A stretch of DNA of 24,667 bases from a virus (IMGVR_UViG_3300033144_000866:1-24667); one strand, 5' to 3'; shown: positions 8,620-18,502, counted from the first letter of the stretch. Notes: a model not told the origin generated them from the sequence alone. Numbers and translations: made by a program.

Positions 8620-10098
8620 ATGCCTGATCTACCGAGATACCAACAGCGTGGCACTCTTCCCGATCAGAAGACTTCCATGGCGAGTAAAGATATTAAGACG
8701 GAATCATCCGTTTCTACGGCGGTTGGCACATTAGCGGATAAGGTCGCAGTCGGGATGGAGCAGTTCGCTAAGATCAAGATGGCGAATGAAGAGTCAACGG
8801 CGAAGATCCGGGCCGCGGAAGGCATCGCCAAGTTCAATGAAGATCTCACGAACAATCCCACGAAGTACACACCTCAAGAGATCACAAACCAACTGACGGA
8901 TATAGGGATGAGTGCGTCAGAGGGGATGACCTTTGAGATCGGGAAGAACGAATTCATGGCAGAGTACGGGATCATGAAGATTCAGGCACAGGTGAGGGCT
9001 AACGCCGCGGTCAGAGGATTTCAGATCACGCAATATCAGGAACTCACGAAGGTGAACCGGAAAGCTTATCAGGAATTAGCCCCGGCGGTACGGGAGGCCA
9101 AACTCGATGTGGAGTTAGCGGAAGGTCGAGATCTTGGAGCGTATGGATCCGATGAGATGGTTAAGAATGTTAAGACGCTTCAGATGCGTGAGTACGAGAA
9201 GAATGATGTCTACAACACCGCACCGTCTGATGTAAAAAAAGCTTTGAAGATGGTTGACGAGATGGAATGGATCACAGACGAGAAAGAGAAGGCAACGCTT
9301 AAAGCCCAAGCCAAGGACATCTACGACCGGCATCAGAAGATGGCAAACATCGACTCGCAGTTGATGTCTGACAAAGCATCGACTGATCTTCTAAAGGTTG
9401 TGAATGATCCCAAGGTTCCTATTGCGTCTGTCATTGAAGACATAAGCGGTCTTCAGCTTCAGCAGACCATCGATGCGAAGGAAGCGAAAGCGTACATCAA
9501 TCTCGCGACAAGTGCGAGAGGGGTTGCCCCAAAGACAAATCCTCGCATTCTTGCAAGCTTGGGATCGGACATGGCGTATTTGGCACAGATAGATAAAGCC
9601 ACGGCGATAGATGATCCGGTCGAGCATCTCCGGAAGATCCGGGACATCAAGTTGCGAATAGTTAATGCCTCGAATGGAGAACTGAGTCCGGCGATTGTAT
9701 CTCAGCTTATGCTTCAGCAACAGGGTTTAATCAAGGGTTTTAAGAATATCAGAGTGACAGCCCACGCGGCAACACAGAAACTTACGAAGGGTGGAATATG
9801 GGGGCATTACGGTTATAACGATGCCAATGACGATATCAAGAAAGGATTACCGCCTTCTCAATGGGGTGATGCATTCTTGGATTATTACACGAGTTCGGCG
9901 GTGGACAAGGAAACCGGCGAGATCGATATGAAGGGCGTTGATAAAAAAGCCTTAGTTCAGTTGATCATTCAGAAGAAGAAAGCCTCGGTGCTTGGTTCAT
10001 CAATCAAGACATTAACAGATGAGAAGACCGGAAGAGCATCATTTTACAAACGAGTACGGTTGGACAACGGAGAGGTCGTATGGGATCTGTTAGATTAA
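8620..10098 (+). CDS. Medium ejection/internal virion protein (gp15-like position)
   Basis: 492-aa helical, charged protein starting MPDLPRYQ, between the small and giant internal proteins. Assigned mainly by synteny. Confidence 0.6.
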   Translation: MPDLPRYQQRGTLPDQKTSMASKDIKTESSVSTAVGTLADKVAVGMEQFAKIKMANEESTAKIRAAEGIAKFNEDLTNNPTKYTPQEITNQLTDIGMSASEGMTFEIGKNEFMAEYGIMKIQAQVRANAAVRGFQITQYQELTKVNRKAYQELAPAVREAKLDVELAEGRDLGAYGSDEMVKNVKTLQMREYEKNDVYNTAPSDVKKALKMVDEMEWITDEKEKATLKAQAKDIYDRHQKMANIDSQLMSDKASTDLLKVVNDPKVPIASVIEDISGLQLQQTIDAKEAKAYINLATSARGVAPKTNPRILASLGSDMAYLAQIDKATAIDDPVEHLRKIRDIKLRIVNASNGELSPAIVSQLMLQQQGLIKGFKNIRVTAHAATQKLTKGGIWGHYGYNDANDDIKKGLPPSQWGDAFLDYYTSSAVDKETGEIDMKGVDKKALVQLIIQKKKASVLGSSIKTLTDEKTGRASFYKRVRLDNGEVVWDLLD

Positions 10099-13000
10099 CC
10101 GATGCACAAATGACAGAGGTGGAAGCCCAACAGGCTCCCTCTGCCGAGCCGGTTATGGGTCAGGTTGGTGACAAGCGATTGAGTTCAAAATCGATGGCAC
10201 GAATCTCCGCTTATAGCGATGTCGCCGGATTGCTTACGACAGATGACTCAGGAAAAACTCCGTTCACATTATCGCAACAGGGTCGTGGGCTTGGTCAGGG
10301 GATCATTGGAATTCCGGAAAGTATCTCAGGTCTTCCGATCATATTGGGCGAGAACATCCGAGAGTACGCCCCGGAGATGGTGGACGCATCACAGAGTCCA
10401 TTGCTTTTCGCTTCACGGATGGGAAGAGACACGGCACTTAAAGGCGATACTGCATACATTGCAAATCCTCTTGCGTATATCGCGTCAAAGATTGGATTGA
10501 GTCCGGAGCGAAAAGAGTCTTTGAAAAGAATGGGTTACGAAGAAGCGGTGATCAATCAGGTTGATAAGATCGGTGAAACGCTCGTGGAGTGGGGCGATGT
10601 TGCCCGGGACTATTACACGAATGCACGAAACGCAAGTTTTCTTGAACTCGATGAGGAAACATTCCGCGGTGGGTTCTTGGATAATCCGTCATGGACACGG
10701 GCTACAACCCTTGTGGCACAGGCGATCCCGAGTCTTGGAGCGGCGGCGATCATCACGGGCATGAGCGGTGGTAATCCGTTCCCGGCAGCGGTGTTCCTTG
10801 GCGTGATTGAGTCTGAACCGGTTTATGATCGGGCGAGAGAGATGGGGCTACCACAGGCTCAGAAGAATGTTTTATTTGGAGTGACCGCAGCCGGAACAAC
10901 CGCCCTTGAGTTCATGGCATTAAGTAGGATCATGAAAGGCCCGGGCAAGTCCCGGATCATCATGGCAACGGTTGGCGATAGATTGCTTCCGATGGAGGTT
11001 AGCAAGCAAGGCGTGAAGGTTGTGGGTCGCGGTCTTGTGGCGAGGCTTGGACGATCCCGGTTCGGGCATATTGTTTCCGGGATGATGACTGAGGGCGGTC
11101 AGGAAGCAACACAGCAGTTTTGGCAGAACCTTGTGGTGAAGGCAGGCATGGATGCCACTCAGGATCTCTTTGAGGGCGTTATTGATTCTCTCATTGCCGG
11201 AGCCGGTAGCGGTGGTGGCGTGTCCGCATTCGTTTCGGGACGCAAAAATTATCTGAAGCAGTTCAGTCAGGAAGAGATCGATGGTGCGATTGAGACATTG
11301 TCGAAGACGCTTGCGGACAACGGCGGTGATCTCGATGCCGTGATCAAGAAGAGTGTCGATGAGATCCACAAGCAGCCCATCGATATCCCCGGGCCTGAGA
11401 CAGGCTACGCTTCTGAGGAAGATATCAAAGCTGAGAACCGTGTCATGAAATTGGCAGAGGATCTTGGTGTGAAGATCGATAAGATTGAATACATCGATGA
11501 AGAAAAACACGCGAAGTGGGATGATGTTGAAGGTCGAAAAATTATTGAAAAAGCAGGCTACAACGAGGAGGAATACAATGCCGCAATCAAACGAGGGGAA
11601 CGGTTCGTCATCACCGGTGAACACGAGGTATCGTCTGAGCCGGGTAGACAAGGACGGTCAAGTATTAGACTCTTCCGTGGTCACACTACCCGGGACATCT
11701 ACCATGAGTTCGCCCACGCAGTCGAAGAGCAAGGCGGCCTCCCCGGGTGGGCAGGGACAAAAGAGCAACACGCCCAATACTTAGAACGCTCTCTCCAAGC
11801 CGAAGACGAGGGGGCGATCTCTGAGTTCACCTCTGAAGGCTCGAAGGTGATGGCTGAGAATGTCGCGGACAATCCTGAGATCGTCATCACGGATGGAGCC
11901 GCGGCGGTGGATGTTAATGACTCAGTCAGGACTGTTGCAGCAACGAAAGAAGATTTCATAAAAGCGAACAAGAAAGCAAAGCTGTTCTCCACCGGGGAGA
12001 TCAATAAGTTTTTCAAGGATGTCGATAATGTCACGAATTTTATCATCAACAATCCTGATCTCCTTGATTACGAAGCATCGCCTTTTTTCTCAGCGGTGAA
12101 AAAGAATTCCGATCCTCAGTACAAAAGATCTTTGGATTTCACAACGATGTGCATCAAGCGGTATGTGATGCAGAAGACTATTGATGAAGTTCAGTTACGC
12201 CTTAATCGTCCGCTCAACGCTGATGAGTTCATGCAGATCCGGGAGAGCCTCCGGGCGAAGGGCATCGATACAGCATGCGGTGCGTGTTATGTCGAGACTC
12301 GCCGGATGTACACGGAGACAGTTATTCAGAAAGCACTCGAAGGATATGTCCGCGTTGAGAACCGTGGCAAGAAAAATGAGAAGGCAATTTTCATGAAGCC
12401 TCTCAAAGTTCCACGGTCGTATCTCCTTTCTATGGAAGGACTTGCGAGAATGCAGAATGAGTTCCCGGCAGAGTACAAGAAGTTCCGGAAGATCTACGCC
12501 GGCACTCAGATGAAAGCACACGAACCAAGAACGGAATACCGCGGTGAGATCTTGAAGTTCTCAAAGGCACTTGTCGAGAGTTTTAATTCCGCGTCCGGCA
12601 TGAGGTGGCAGTCGTGGTCTGACTTTGAACTCCCTCATTTACTTGATGGGATGCAAGCGATCATGGACATGTCGGTCAAGAAATTAAAAGGGCATGCGTA
12701 CACGAAGGTGACGAATTTTGTTTTGTCATATGGGCCGACCGGCCTCTCGATCAACATGAGTCTGATCCCTAAAGGAACCGGGTTTGATAAAAACGGGAAT
12801 CTTGTTTTCGATAAGGAGCAATCCTTTGATTTTAAGGAAGGTTTGAAACTCCGGGACAAATACGACAATGTTGGATTCGTTGCCATTGGAATTTCTGATG
12901 AGCATATCAAAGCACTCCTCGCGGATCCTCGCATTGATTATGTGATCCCGTATCATGCGTCCGGACTGAGCAAGGACTTTCAGAAACGGATCGGCATGGA

Positions 13001-16000
13001 AGGTTGGACAGATTATTCCAAGAAGCAGATGTATCGTGGCAAGGACGGGAAGCCCCGGGCGAAGCATCCCTACATCGCGGACTTCAAAGGAGATCTTGCC
13101 GTGTTCGATAAGCTGATGAAGAAAGCCGGGCTGACTCCTCCTTTTAAGGATATGAGGGAATGGAAAGGCTACGAGAAGCTTTTGACGGATCGCCGGATAT
13201 GGGACAAGAAGGGGAAGTACATCGAGCAGAAAGCGGTACGCCCGGACTTCGATATGCGTCAGATCAATAAGATGCTCAAGGATTACAAGGGTGGTGCGGT
13301 TGAGGCTGATGCAACAACGGTTGGTGACATGGTCGGAAAGCTTAGTACTCAAGCCTCTGTCCGGACGGTTAAGGCCGACAAGAATTTTATGAATTGGTTT
13401 GAGGGATCTAAGGTTGTTGACAAGAACGGTGATCCTTTAGTTGTTTATCATGGAACGACTAAAGACTTTAAAAAATTCAGCTTGGGAGACAAAGGGAATG
13501 TTCATGCGGAGTCTCTGAACATGGATATGTTTTTCTTTACCGATAACCCGGATGTGGCAGACACCTATGCAAAAAACGAATGGAAAGACGATGGTGATAT
13601 CGGTGGAAACATAATGCCTGTCTTCCTATCTCTCAAGAACCCTCTGATCATTGATGCAAACGGCAAAGGGTGGCAAGACGCATACAGCGATGTCGTTGAC
13701 GAGTTGAATCCTCATTACTCAAAAGCGGAGGTTTCGTTTAGAAAATTCAGAGATTCTTTGATCGAGAAATACGGAGAGACAAAGATAAGGCATGAGTTTG
13801 AAGAGACTTTAACGGTAGCAGAGAAGAAAAAAATTGATGCTTTGCAAGAAAAGGCTAATGAGACAAGCCGATTTCCGGGGAAAGCTGTGGGTGCATATCC
13901 GCACGATGGCGTGATTATAAAGGGCGTAAATGATCCCGGCGGTGAGTTTAGATCCGAAGAAGAATACACTCCATTCTCAGATGTGTATGTTGCATTTGAT
14001 TCAACGCAAATCAAATCAGCGACAGGGAATATTGGAACTTACAGCCCGACAAACAAAAATATAAATGCATCCGTCAAGCGTGTGAAGTCCGTCACGAAAT
14101 ATTATCAAACGCTCACCGCTCTCACCGAAGAGATCGGCATGAAAAAGGGATGGCTCATCGGCCTGAAGAACGAAGAGGAAGTCGTGAACGCTTTGTCTCA
14201 GATGAGGCAGCAGTACCGGGATGAATTTGAAGATACCAAAGATCCGGAGCGTAAGAAGAAGCTGAAGGCATGGATCAAGGAGCAGACCACGCAGATCAAG
14301 AAGGTGCGTCAGACGATGATCGAGACTCGCAAGGAATCGAAGTATGGGGATGTCCAAGCCAAGCTGCGAAACCTACAGCAAGGGTTCCGGATCGGTGTCG
14401 TTGAAGGCAAGACTGATGTGAAGGCCACTCAGGAGAAGCTGATCGAGATCCTGACGGAATCAGAACTCCCGGCGAAGGATTACAAGAAGTTCCTTCCCAC
14501 CATCAAAAATACGAACACGCACGAGAAGCTGATCGAAGGACTGCCCGGGATCGTCAACCGGATCAACAAACTTGTAGAGGCTCATTACAAGAACATCCTG
14601 AAAGATAAGATCAAGGCTGAACTGAAAGCTACGAAGCCGATCAAGCAGGGATCAATGCGTAAGGGGAAATACGACTACACGACAAACAAGTATTTCCAAG
14701 ATCTTCTGAAGGCAACCAAGCTGAATCAAGATGAAGCGGAGTCATTGCTTCAGGCGTTGGATGTTCCCACTACAGAAAAAGAAGCCATGATCAAACGCTT
14801 CTTGATGCTAAAAGCAAATGGAATGTCCGCGTCACTTGACCTTCACCTGAATGTGCTTATGGATATCGTCCGGGCGAAGAAGGTCGGACAGGACGCGAAG
14901 GATGAGGCATCTTTCGATAAAGCGTTGGAACGCGAGATCCGCATCAAAGAACTTGAGGAATCCATCGCAGACATGAAAGGCGATCCGGACAAGATCAGAA
15001 CCAAGATCGTCAATGCCTACACTCAGGGCATGGGCAACATTTGGTCGATGCTCAACGCTCTTTACGGCAAGCAGATCGCGGATGATCTTAACCCGGAACT
15101 CTACGAGAACCGCCGGGACACAGCGATGTATTACAAGACAACCGAAACCGTTGCCGGATCCGCGAAGCTTCTTGGCATCAAGGGGCATGGCGAGTTTCTA
15201 TCGTGGCTCACGGATATGGTGAATGAGGAACACGAACTGATCGACATCATTTACAACAAGCCCCGGAAGATCAACATGCTTGACATCATGGACATCTATA
15301 ACGCGGTCAAGAACGATGCTATCCGGGAGCGGTACTATAACAACTTCGGCGAACCGCAAGTCAAAGAGATGATCGCGAAATTAAGCACCCGGCAAAAAGC
15401 GGTCGCGGATTATTGGCAGGCTGTTGTTCAGGGTTATATGGGGATCCTCAACGCAAGCAATATTGAGATCAAAGGAATCGATCTTGGGCGTGTCGATAAC
15501 TATTGGCCTGCCACGAGCGAGAGAACGATCATTGAAATCTATGACGATATGAAGGTGCAAAGCAATACTCCCGGCTCGATGAAGGAGAGATCCAAGTCCA
15601 CGAAGATCATGCCGAAGCCGAAAAATGCGTGGTTCAAGCTTCAGAAGCACATTGCAGAGGGTGAGCATGTGAACCATTTGTCTAAAAAACACGCTGATTT
15701 AAGCCGGCTGTTCTTAGACTATCGTGTGCGACAGGACATCCACAACAAGTTCGGGGAGGAAGTTTATAATACTCTGCTCGACATGATAGAAAATATTAGT
15801 CTTCATAAACAGACCACGAACCTCGACAAGGTCGAGAAGTGGTTCGGTAAGGGTTTGAATAATTGGGTCATTGCAAAGATCGCTCTTAACCCATCTGTCT
15901 TCGTGAAACAGTTGATCTCGATGGGCAACTACATGGAAGTAATGTCCACGGCAGAATGGGGTAAGTATTGGGCAGAGGGAATAGCGGATCCCCAAAAGAC

Positions 16001-16814
16001 TTGGAAATTTATGATGGAGAATGTGCCGTATCTTAAAGCCCGGTACGCTCGTGGTATGACAGAGGCGATCTCCGCGGCGATCACGGAAGCCAATAAGATG
16101 AGTAAGTTGAAACACAATTGGACGAAGGCGATGAGTTCTCTTGTCCGTGGTGGTGATATGATGGCAATCATTTATGGTGGTTACCCAATGATCAGGTCTT
16201 TGATGGCGAAGGGTTTGTCCATGCAAGACGCGGTCGATCAGTTTGAATCAGCGACATTGAAGTCACAGCAGTCCGGTTTGTCTACAAGCAGATCGCAATG
16301 GCAGAACAACCCAAGTGCATTCGCCCGGTTATTTCTTGCGTTTAAGAACACGCCGGCACAGTATTTTAGAAAGCAGATGGATGCGTTTATCAGCTTTGGG
16401 CATGGTGACATTTCAAAGACACAGCTTGCGAAAACGATTACGATCTATGGAGTGATACAGCCGGCACTTTATGGTCTTGCCGGGACTATGATGAGGGCTG
16501 CGTTATACGGCGATGACGATTGGGAAGAGACATGGTTCATGGATATGCTCGCCGCGATTGCACTTAATCCGTTTAATGCGATCCCGGTGCTTGATGATGT
16601 TATCGCCGGATCAATACGAATGATGCAGGGCAAATATGTTTGGAAGATGATGAGTACTCCAATGCTTGATGACATCTCTTCATCGTTTGAAGTTTGGGGA
16701 AAGAAAGACATCGACTTCATCGATGTTGTTAATAGTTTTGGAGTCATAGGCGAAGTTGGAGCCGGAGTTCCCGTCAAGCTGTTCACAAGAATTATCAATC
16801 GCTTTACTGATTAA
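10080..16814 (+). CDS. Giant polyvalent ejection protein: hydrophobic Gly-rich N-region, HExxH peptidase-like, Gp88/radical-SAM-like and ART-PolyVal-like modules, helical C-region
   Basis: 2244 aa in the gp16-like position. Motifs: EGGQEATQQ, YHEFAHAVE (aa 541-549), C691/CGACYVE/MRWQSWSDF/HAYTK, and WFEGSKVVDKNGDPLVVYHGT...FFFTDN...VFLSLKNP...YVAFDSTQIKSATGN. Confidence 0.85.
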   Translation: MGSVRLTDAQMTEVEAQQAPSAEPVMGQVGDKRLSSKSMARISAYSDVAGLLTTDDSGKTPFTLSQQGRGLGQGIIGIPESISGLPIILGENIREYAPEMVDASQSPLLFASRMGRDTALKGDTAYIANPLAYIASKIGLSPERKESLKRMGYEEAVINQVDKIGETLVEWGDVARDYYTNARNASFLELDEETFRGGFLDNPSWTRATTLVAQAIPSLGAAAIITGMSGGNPFPAAVFLGVIESEPVYDRAREMGLPQAQKNVLFGVTAAGTTALEFMALSRIMKGPGKSRIIMATVGDRLLPMEVSKQGVKVVGRGLVARLGRSRFGHIVSGMMTEGGQEATQQFWQNLVVKAGMDATQDLFEGVIDSLIAGAGSGGGVSAFVSGRKNYLKQFSQEEIDGAIETLSKTLADNGGDLDAVIKKSVDEIHKQPIDIPGPETGYASEEDIKAENRVMKLAEDLGVKIDKIEYIDEEKHAKWDDVEGRKIIEKAGYNEEEYNAAIKRGERFVITGEHEVSSEPGRQGRSSIRLFRGHTTRDIYHEFAHAVEEQGGLPGWAGTKEQHAQYLERSLQAEDEGAISEFTSEGSKVMAENVADNPEIVITDGAAAVDVNDSVRTVAATKEDFIKANKKAKLFSTGEINKFFKDVDNVTNFIINNPDLLDYEASPFFSAVKKNSDPQYKRSLDFTTMCIKRYVMQKTIDEVQLRLNRPLNADEFMQIRESLRAKGIDTACGACYVETRRMYTETVIQKALEGYVRVENRGKKNEKAIFMKPLKVPRSYLLSMEGLARMQNEFPAEYKKFRKIYAGTQMKAHEPRTEYRGEILKFSKALVESFNSASGMRWQSWSDFELPHLLDGMQAIMDMSVKKLKGHAYTKVTNFVLSYGPTGLSINMSLIPKGTGFDKNGNLVFDKEQSFDFKEGLKLRDKYDNVGFVAIGISDEHIKALLADPRIDYVIPYHASGLSKDFQKRIGMEGWTDYSKKQMYRGKDGKPRAKHPYIADFKGDLAVFDKLMKKAGLTPPFKDMREWKGYEKLLTDRRIWDKKGKYIEQKAVRPDFDMRQINKMLKDYKGGAVEADATTVGDMVGKLSTQASVRTVKADKNFMNWFEGSKVVDKNGDPLVVYHGTTKDFKKFSLGDKGNVHAESLNMDMFFFTDNPDVADTYAKNEWKDDGDIGGNIMPVFLSLKNPLIIDANGKGWQDAYSDVVDELNPHYSKAEVSFRKFRDSLIEKYGETKIRHEFEETLTVAEKKKIDALQEKANETSRFPGKAVGAYPHDGVIIKGVNDPGGEFRSEEEYTPFSDVYVAFDSTQIKSATGNIGTYSPTNKNINASVKRVKSVTKYYQTLTALTEEIGMKKGWLIGLKNEEEVVNALSQMRQQYRDEFEDTKDPERKKKLKAWIKEQTTQIKKVRQTMIETRKESKYGDVQAKLRNLQQGFRIGVVEGKTDVKATQEKLIEILTESELPAKDYKKFLPTIKNTNTHEKLIEGLPGIVNRINKLVEAHYKNILKDKIKAELKATKPIKQGSMRKGKYDYTTNKYFQDLLKATKLNQDEAESLLQALDVPTTEKEAMIKRFLMLKANGMSASLDLHLNVLMDIVRAKKVGQDAKDEASFDKALEREIRIKELEESIADMKGDPDKIRTKIVNAYTQGMGNIWSMLNALYGKQIADDLNPELYENRRDTAMYYKTTETVAGSAKLLGIKGHGEFLSWLTDMVNEEHELIDIIYNKPRKINMLDIMDIYNAVKNDAIRERYYNNFGEPQVKEMIAKLSTRQKAVADYWQAVVQGYMGILNASNIEIKGIDLGRVDNYWPATSERTIIEIYDDMKVQSNTPGSMKERSKSTKIMPKPKNAWFKLQKHIAEGEHVNHLSKKHADLSRLFLDYRVRQDIHNKFGEEVYNTLLDMIENISLHKQTTNLDKVEKWFGKGLNNWVIAKIALNPSVFVKQLISMGNYMEVMSTAEWGKYWAEGIADPQKTWKFMMENVPYLKARYARGMTEAISAAITEANKMSKLKHNWTKAMSSLVRGGDMMAIIYGGYPMIRSLMAKGLSMQDAVDQFESATLKSQQSGLSTSRSQWQNNPSAFARLFLAFKNTPAQYFRKQMDAFISFGHGDISKTQLAKTITIYGVIQPALYGLAGTMMRAALYGDDDWEETWFMDMLAAIALNPFNAIPVLDDVIAGSIRMMQGKYVWKMMSTPMLDDISSSFEVWGKKDIDFIDVVNSFGVIGEVGAGVPVKLFTRIINRFTD

Positions 16815-16824
16815 GGAGGCCGTC

Positions 16825-18171
16825 ATGGCAGTAGAAAATAATAAGGTAGATGAAACATTTGCAATGAACGGGGTGCTGTTGGAGTTCAGCGTGACGGGTA
16901 TGCGTGTCACGACAAGGGACACCATCAAGGCTTATGTCCTTGATAACACCGACCCGGATGCTCCCATTCAGACTGATCTCGTCTTGGATGACGCAGGCAC
17001 AGATGGCTATTCAGTTGAACTCGTGACTGAAAACTCTGTCAATGTGACAGTCATTTCTGCGAGGACGGCTGACTTTGAACTCGTGGTGTACCGCGAACTC
17101 GATCTCCTTCAGGAATCAGATTACACGGACTACGGGAAGTTCCCGGCTGAGACAGTCGAGGATGACTTCGATGAGGGAATCTTAATTGATCAGCAGATCG
17201 ATGACAAAGCGAATCGTGCTTTGAAGCTTGGGATCGGTGTCACCGGCGTGTCGGTTGCTTTTCCTAATCCGGCAGCGGATTCTGTCATCGGTTGGAATGC
17301 AGCCTTAGACGCTCTTGAGAATAAGCCCGATCTTGCGACTCAGGTCGCAGCAGCGGAAGCGGCCCAAGCGGCAGCGGAAGCAGCGGAAACGGCAGCAGCG
17401 AACTCAGCAGCAGCAGCGTTAGCTTCACAAACGGCAGCCGGTGTTTCTCAGGCAGCAGCACTTGTCAGCGAGAACGCAGCAGCAGCCGATTTGGTTTTAA
17501 CAAATGCTGATGTTGTTACGACAAATGCGGATGTCGTTTTGACTGCCCTTGATGTTGTTGCAACAAACGCTGATGTTATTGCATCGGCAGCGTCCGCAGC
17601 AGCGGCCCTCGTTTCTGAGAATAACGCAGCAGCCTATGCGACTCAGCTTGTTGGAACATCGGTCACGAGTCTTGCGGTTGGTGTTGGAGCGAAGGTGTTC
17701 ACGACTCAGACCGGGAAGTTTTTCGATGCCGGGAATTATCTTCTGATCACTTCAGACGCTGATCCCACGAACTTCATGCACGGACAGGTCACGACCTACG
17801 CAGCCGGAGTTCTTACGATGGCGATTACAGACATCGGTGGAGCCGGGACGCTTGCGGATTGGACGATTCGTTTGTCCGGTACTCAAGGAACGGATGCAGC
17901 CGGTTCTTCATTCTTGTCGCTTGATGACACTCCCGGCGGTTATGGTGGTGCAGCATTGCAAGTCGTAAGAGTGAATGGGGCAGCAAATGCACTTGAGTTT
18001 TCGGCAGCAGCCCCCGGAACATTCATCGGACAGTCAGACACACCCGGAGTTTATGCCGGAGCAGCACTTTACAAACTGAGGGTGAACGGAGCAGCAAACG
18101 CTGTTGAGTTCGTTTTAGACGAAAGTTCCGGTGGCGGTGAAGAATTTTCTAACTTGTTAATGGGAGGATAA
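16825..18171 (+). CDS. Tail fibre with T7 gp17-like N-terminal anchor and Ala-rich coiled coil; start revised to ATG 16825
   Basis: AAGGAGG RBS at 16813-16819. VVYRELDLLQESDY...FPAETVEDDFD...QQ...RAL anchor motif, Ala-rich stalk, GTSVTSLAVGVGAKVFTTQTG domain and two C-terminal repeats. Confidence 0.85.
   Translation: MAVENNKVDETFAMNGVLLEFSVTGMRVTTRDTIKAYVLDNTDPDAPIQTDLVLDDAGTDGYSVELVTENSVNVTVISARTADFELVVYRELDLLQESDYTDYGKFPAETVEDDFDEGILIDQQIDDKANRALKLGIGVTGVSVAFPNPAADSVIGWNAALDALENKPDLATQVAAAEAAQAAAEAAETAAANSAAAALASQTAAGVSQAAALVSENAAAADLVLTNADVVTTNADVVLTALDVVATNADVIASAASAAAALVSENNAAAYATQLVGTSVTSLAVGVGAKVFTTQTGKFFDAGNYLLITSDADPTNFMHGQVTTYAAGVLTMAITDIGGAGTLADWTIRLSGTQGTDAAGSSFLSLDDTPGGYGGAALQVVRVNGAANALEFSAAAPGTFIGQSDTPGVYAGAALYKLRVNGAANAVEFVLDESSGGGEEFSNLLMGG
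17340..17640 (+). repeat. Ala-rich coiled coil with 7-aa TNADVV-type repeats
   Basis: AADLVL-TNADVVT-TNADVVL-TALDVVA-TNADVIA, flanked by duplicated AALVSEN(A/N)AAA. Confidence 0.75.
17911..18111 (+). repeat. Two copies of a ~30-aa fibre repeat (111-nt period)
   Basis: FLSLDDTPGGYGGAALQVVRVNGAANALEF (17911-18000) and FIGQSDTPGVYAGAALYKLRVNGAANAVEF (18022-18111). Confidence 0.85.
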
Positions 18172-18175
18172 GACA

Positions 18176-18502
18176 ATGGCTATAGCTACAATAATCAAAC
18201 AATCAGCACCGGGTGCAACGACCGAAGATGATCTTTACACCGTTCCGGGTGCAACGAGAGCGACTTGCTCAAGCATCGTGGTTTGTAACCGCGGAGCAAC
18301 GGATGCGACATTTCGGCTTTATGTTGCAATCGCCGGGGCTGCTGCGACAAATGCTCAGTATCTTTATTATGACTTGGCGATCCAAGCGAATGATACTTTC
18401 ACGGCTACGCTTGGCTTTGCAATGGCTACCACGGATGTGTTCCGGGTCTTTGCAAGCAATGCGAGTCTTTCTTTCAACTTGTTCGTACTCGAAACCACAT
18501 AA
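18176..18502 (+). CDS. Small beta-sandwich virion protein (putative fibre adaptor)
   Basis: 108 aa with QSAPGATT...LYTVPGAT...SSIVVCNR...YLYYD and SFNLF, a pattern common in fibre-associated small phage proteins. GGAGG RBS. Confidence 0.7.
   Translation: MAIATIIKQSAPGATTEDDLYTVPGATRATCSSIVVCNRGATDATFRLYVAIAGAAATNAQYLYYDLAIQANDTFTATLGFAMATTDVFRVFASNASLSFNLFVLETT

Noticed and set aside
10920-11651. 243-aa minus-strand ORF, and other antisense ORFs such as 12726-13352, 15714-16226 and 2882-3376
   Set aside because: They lie wholly opposite well-supported + strand genes and have no recognisable motifs. They are best explained as shadow ORFs of biased codon usage.
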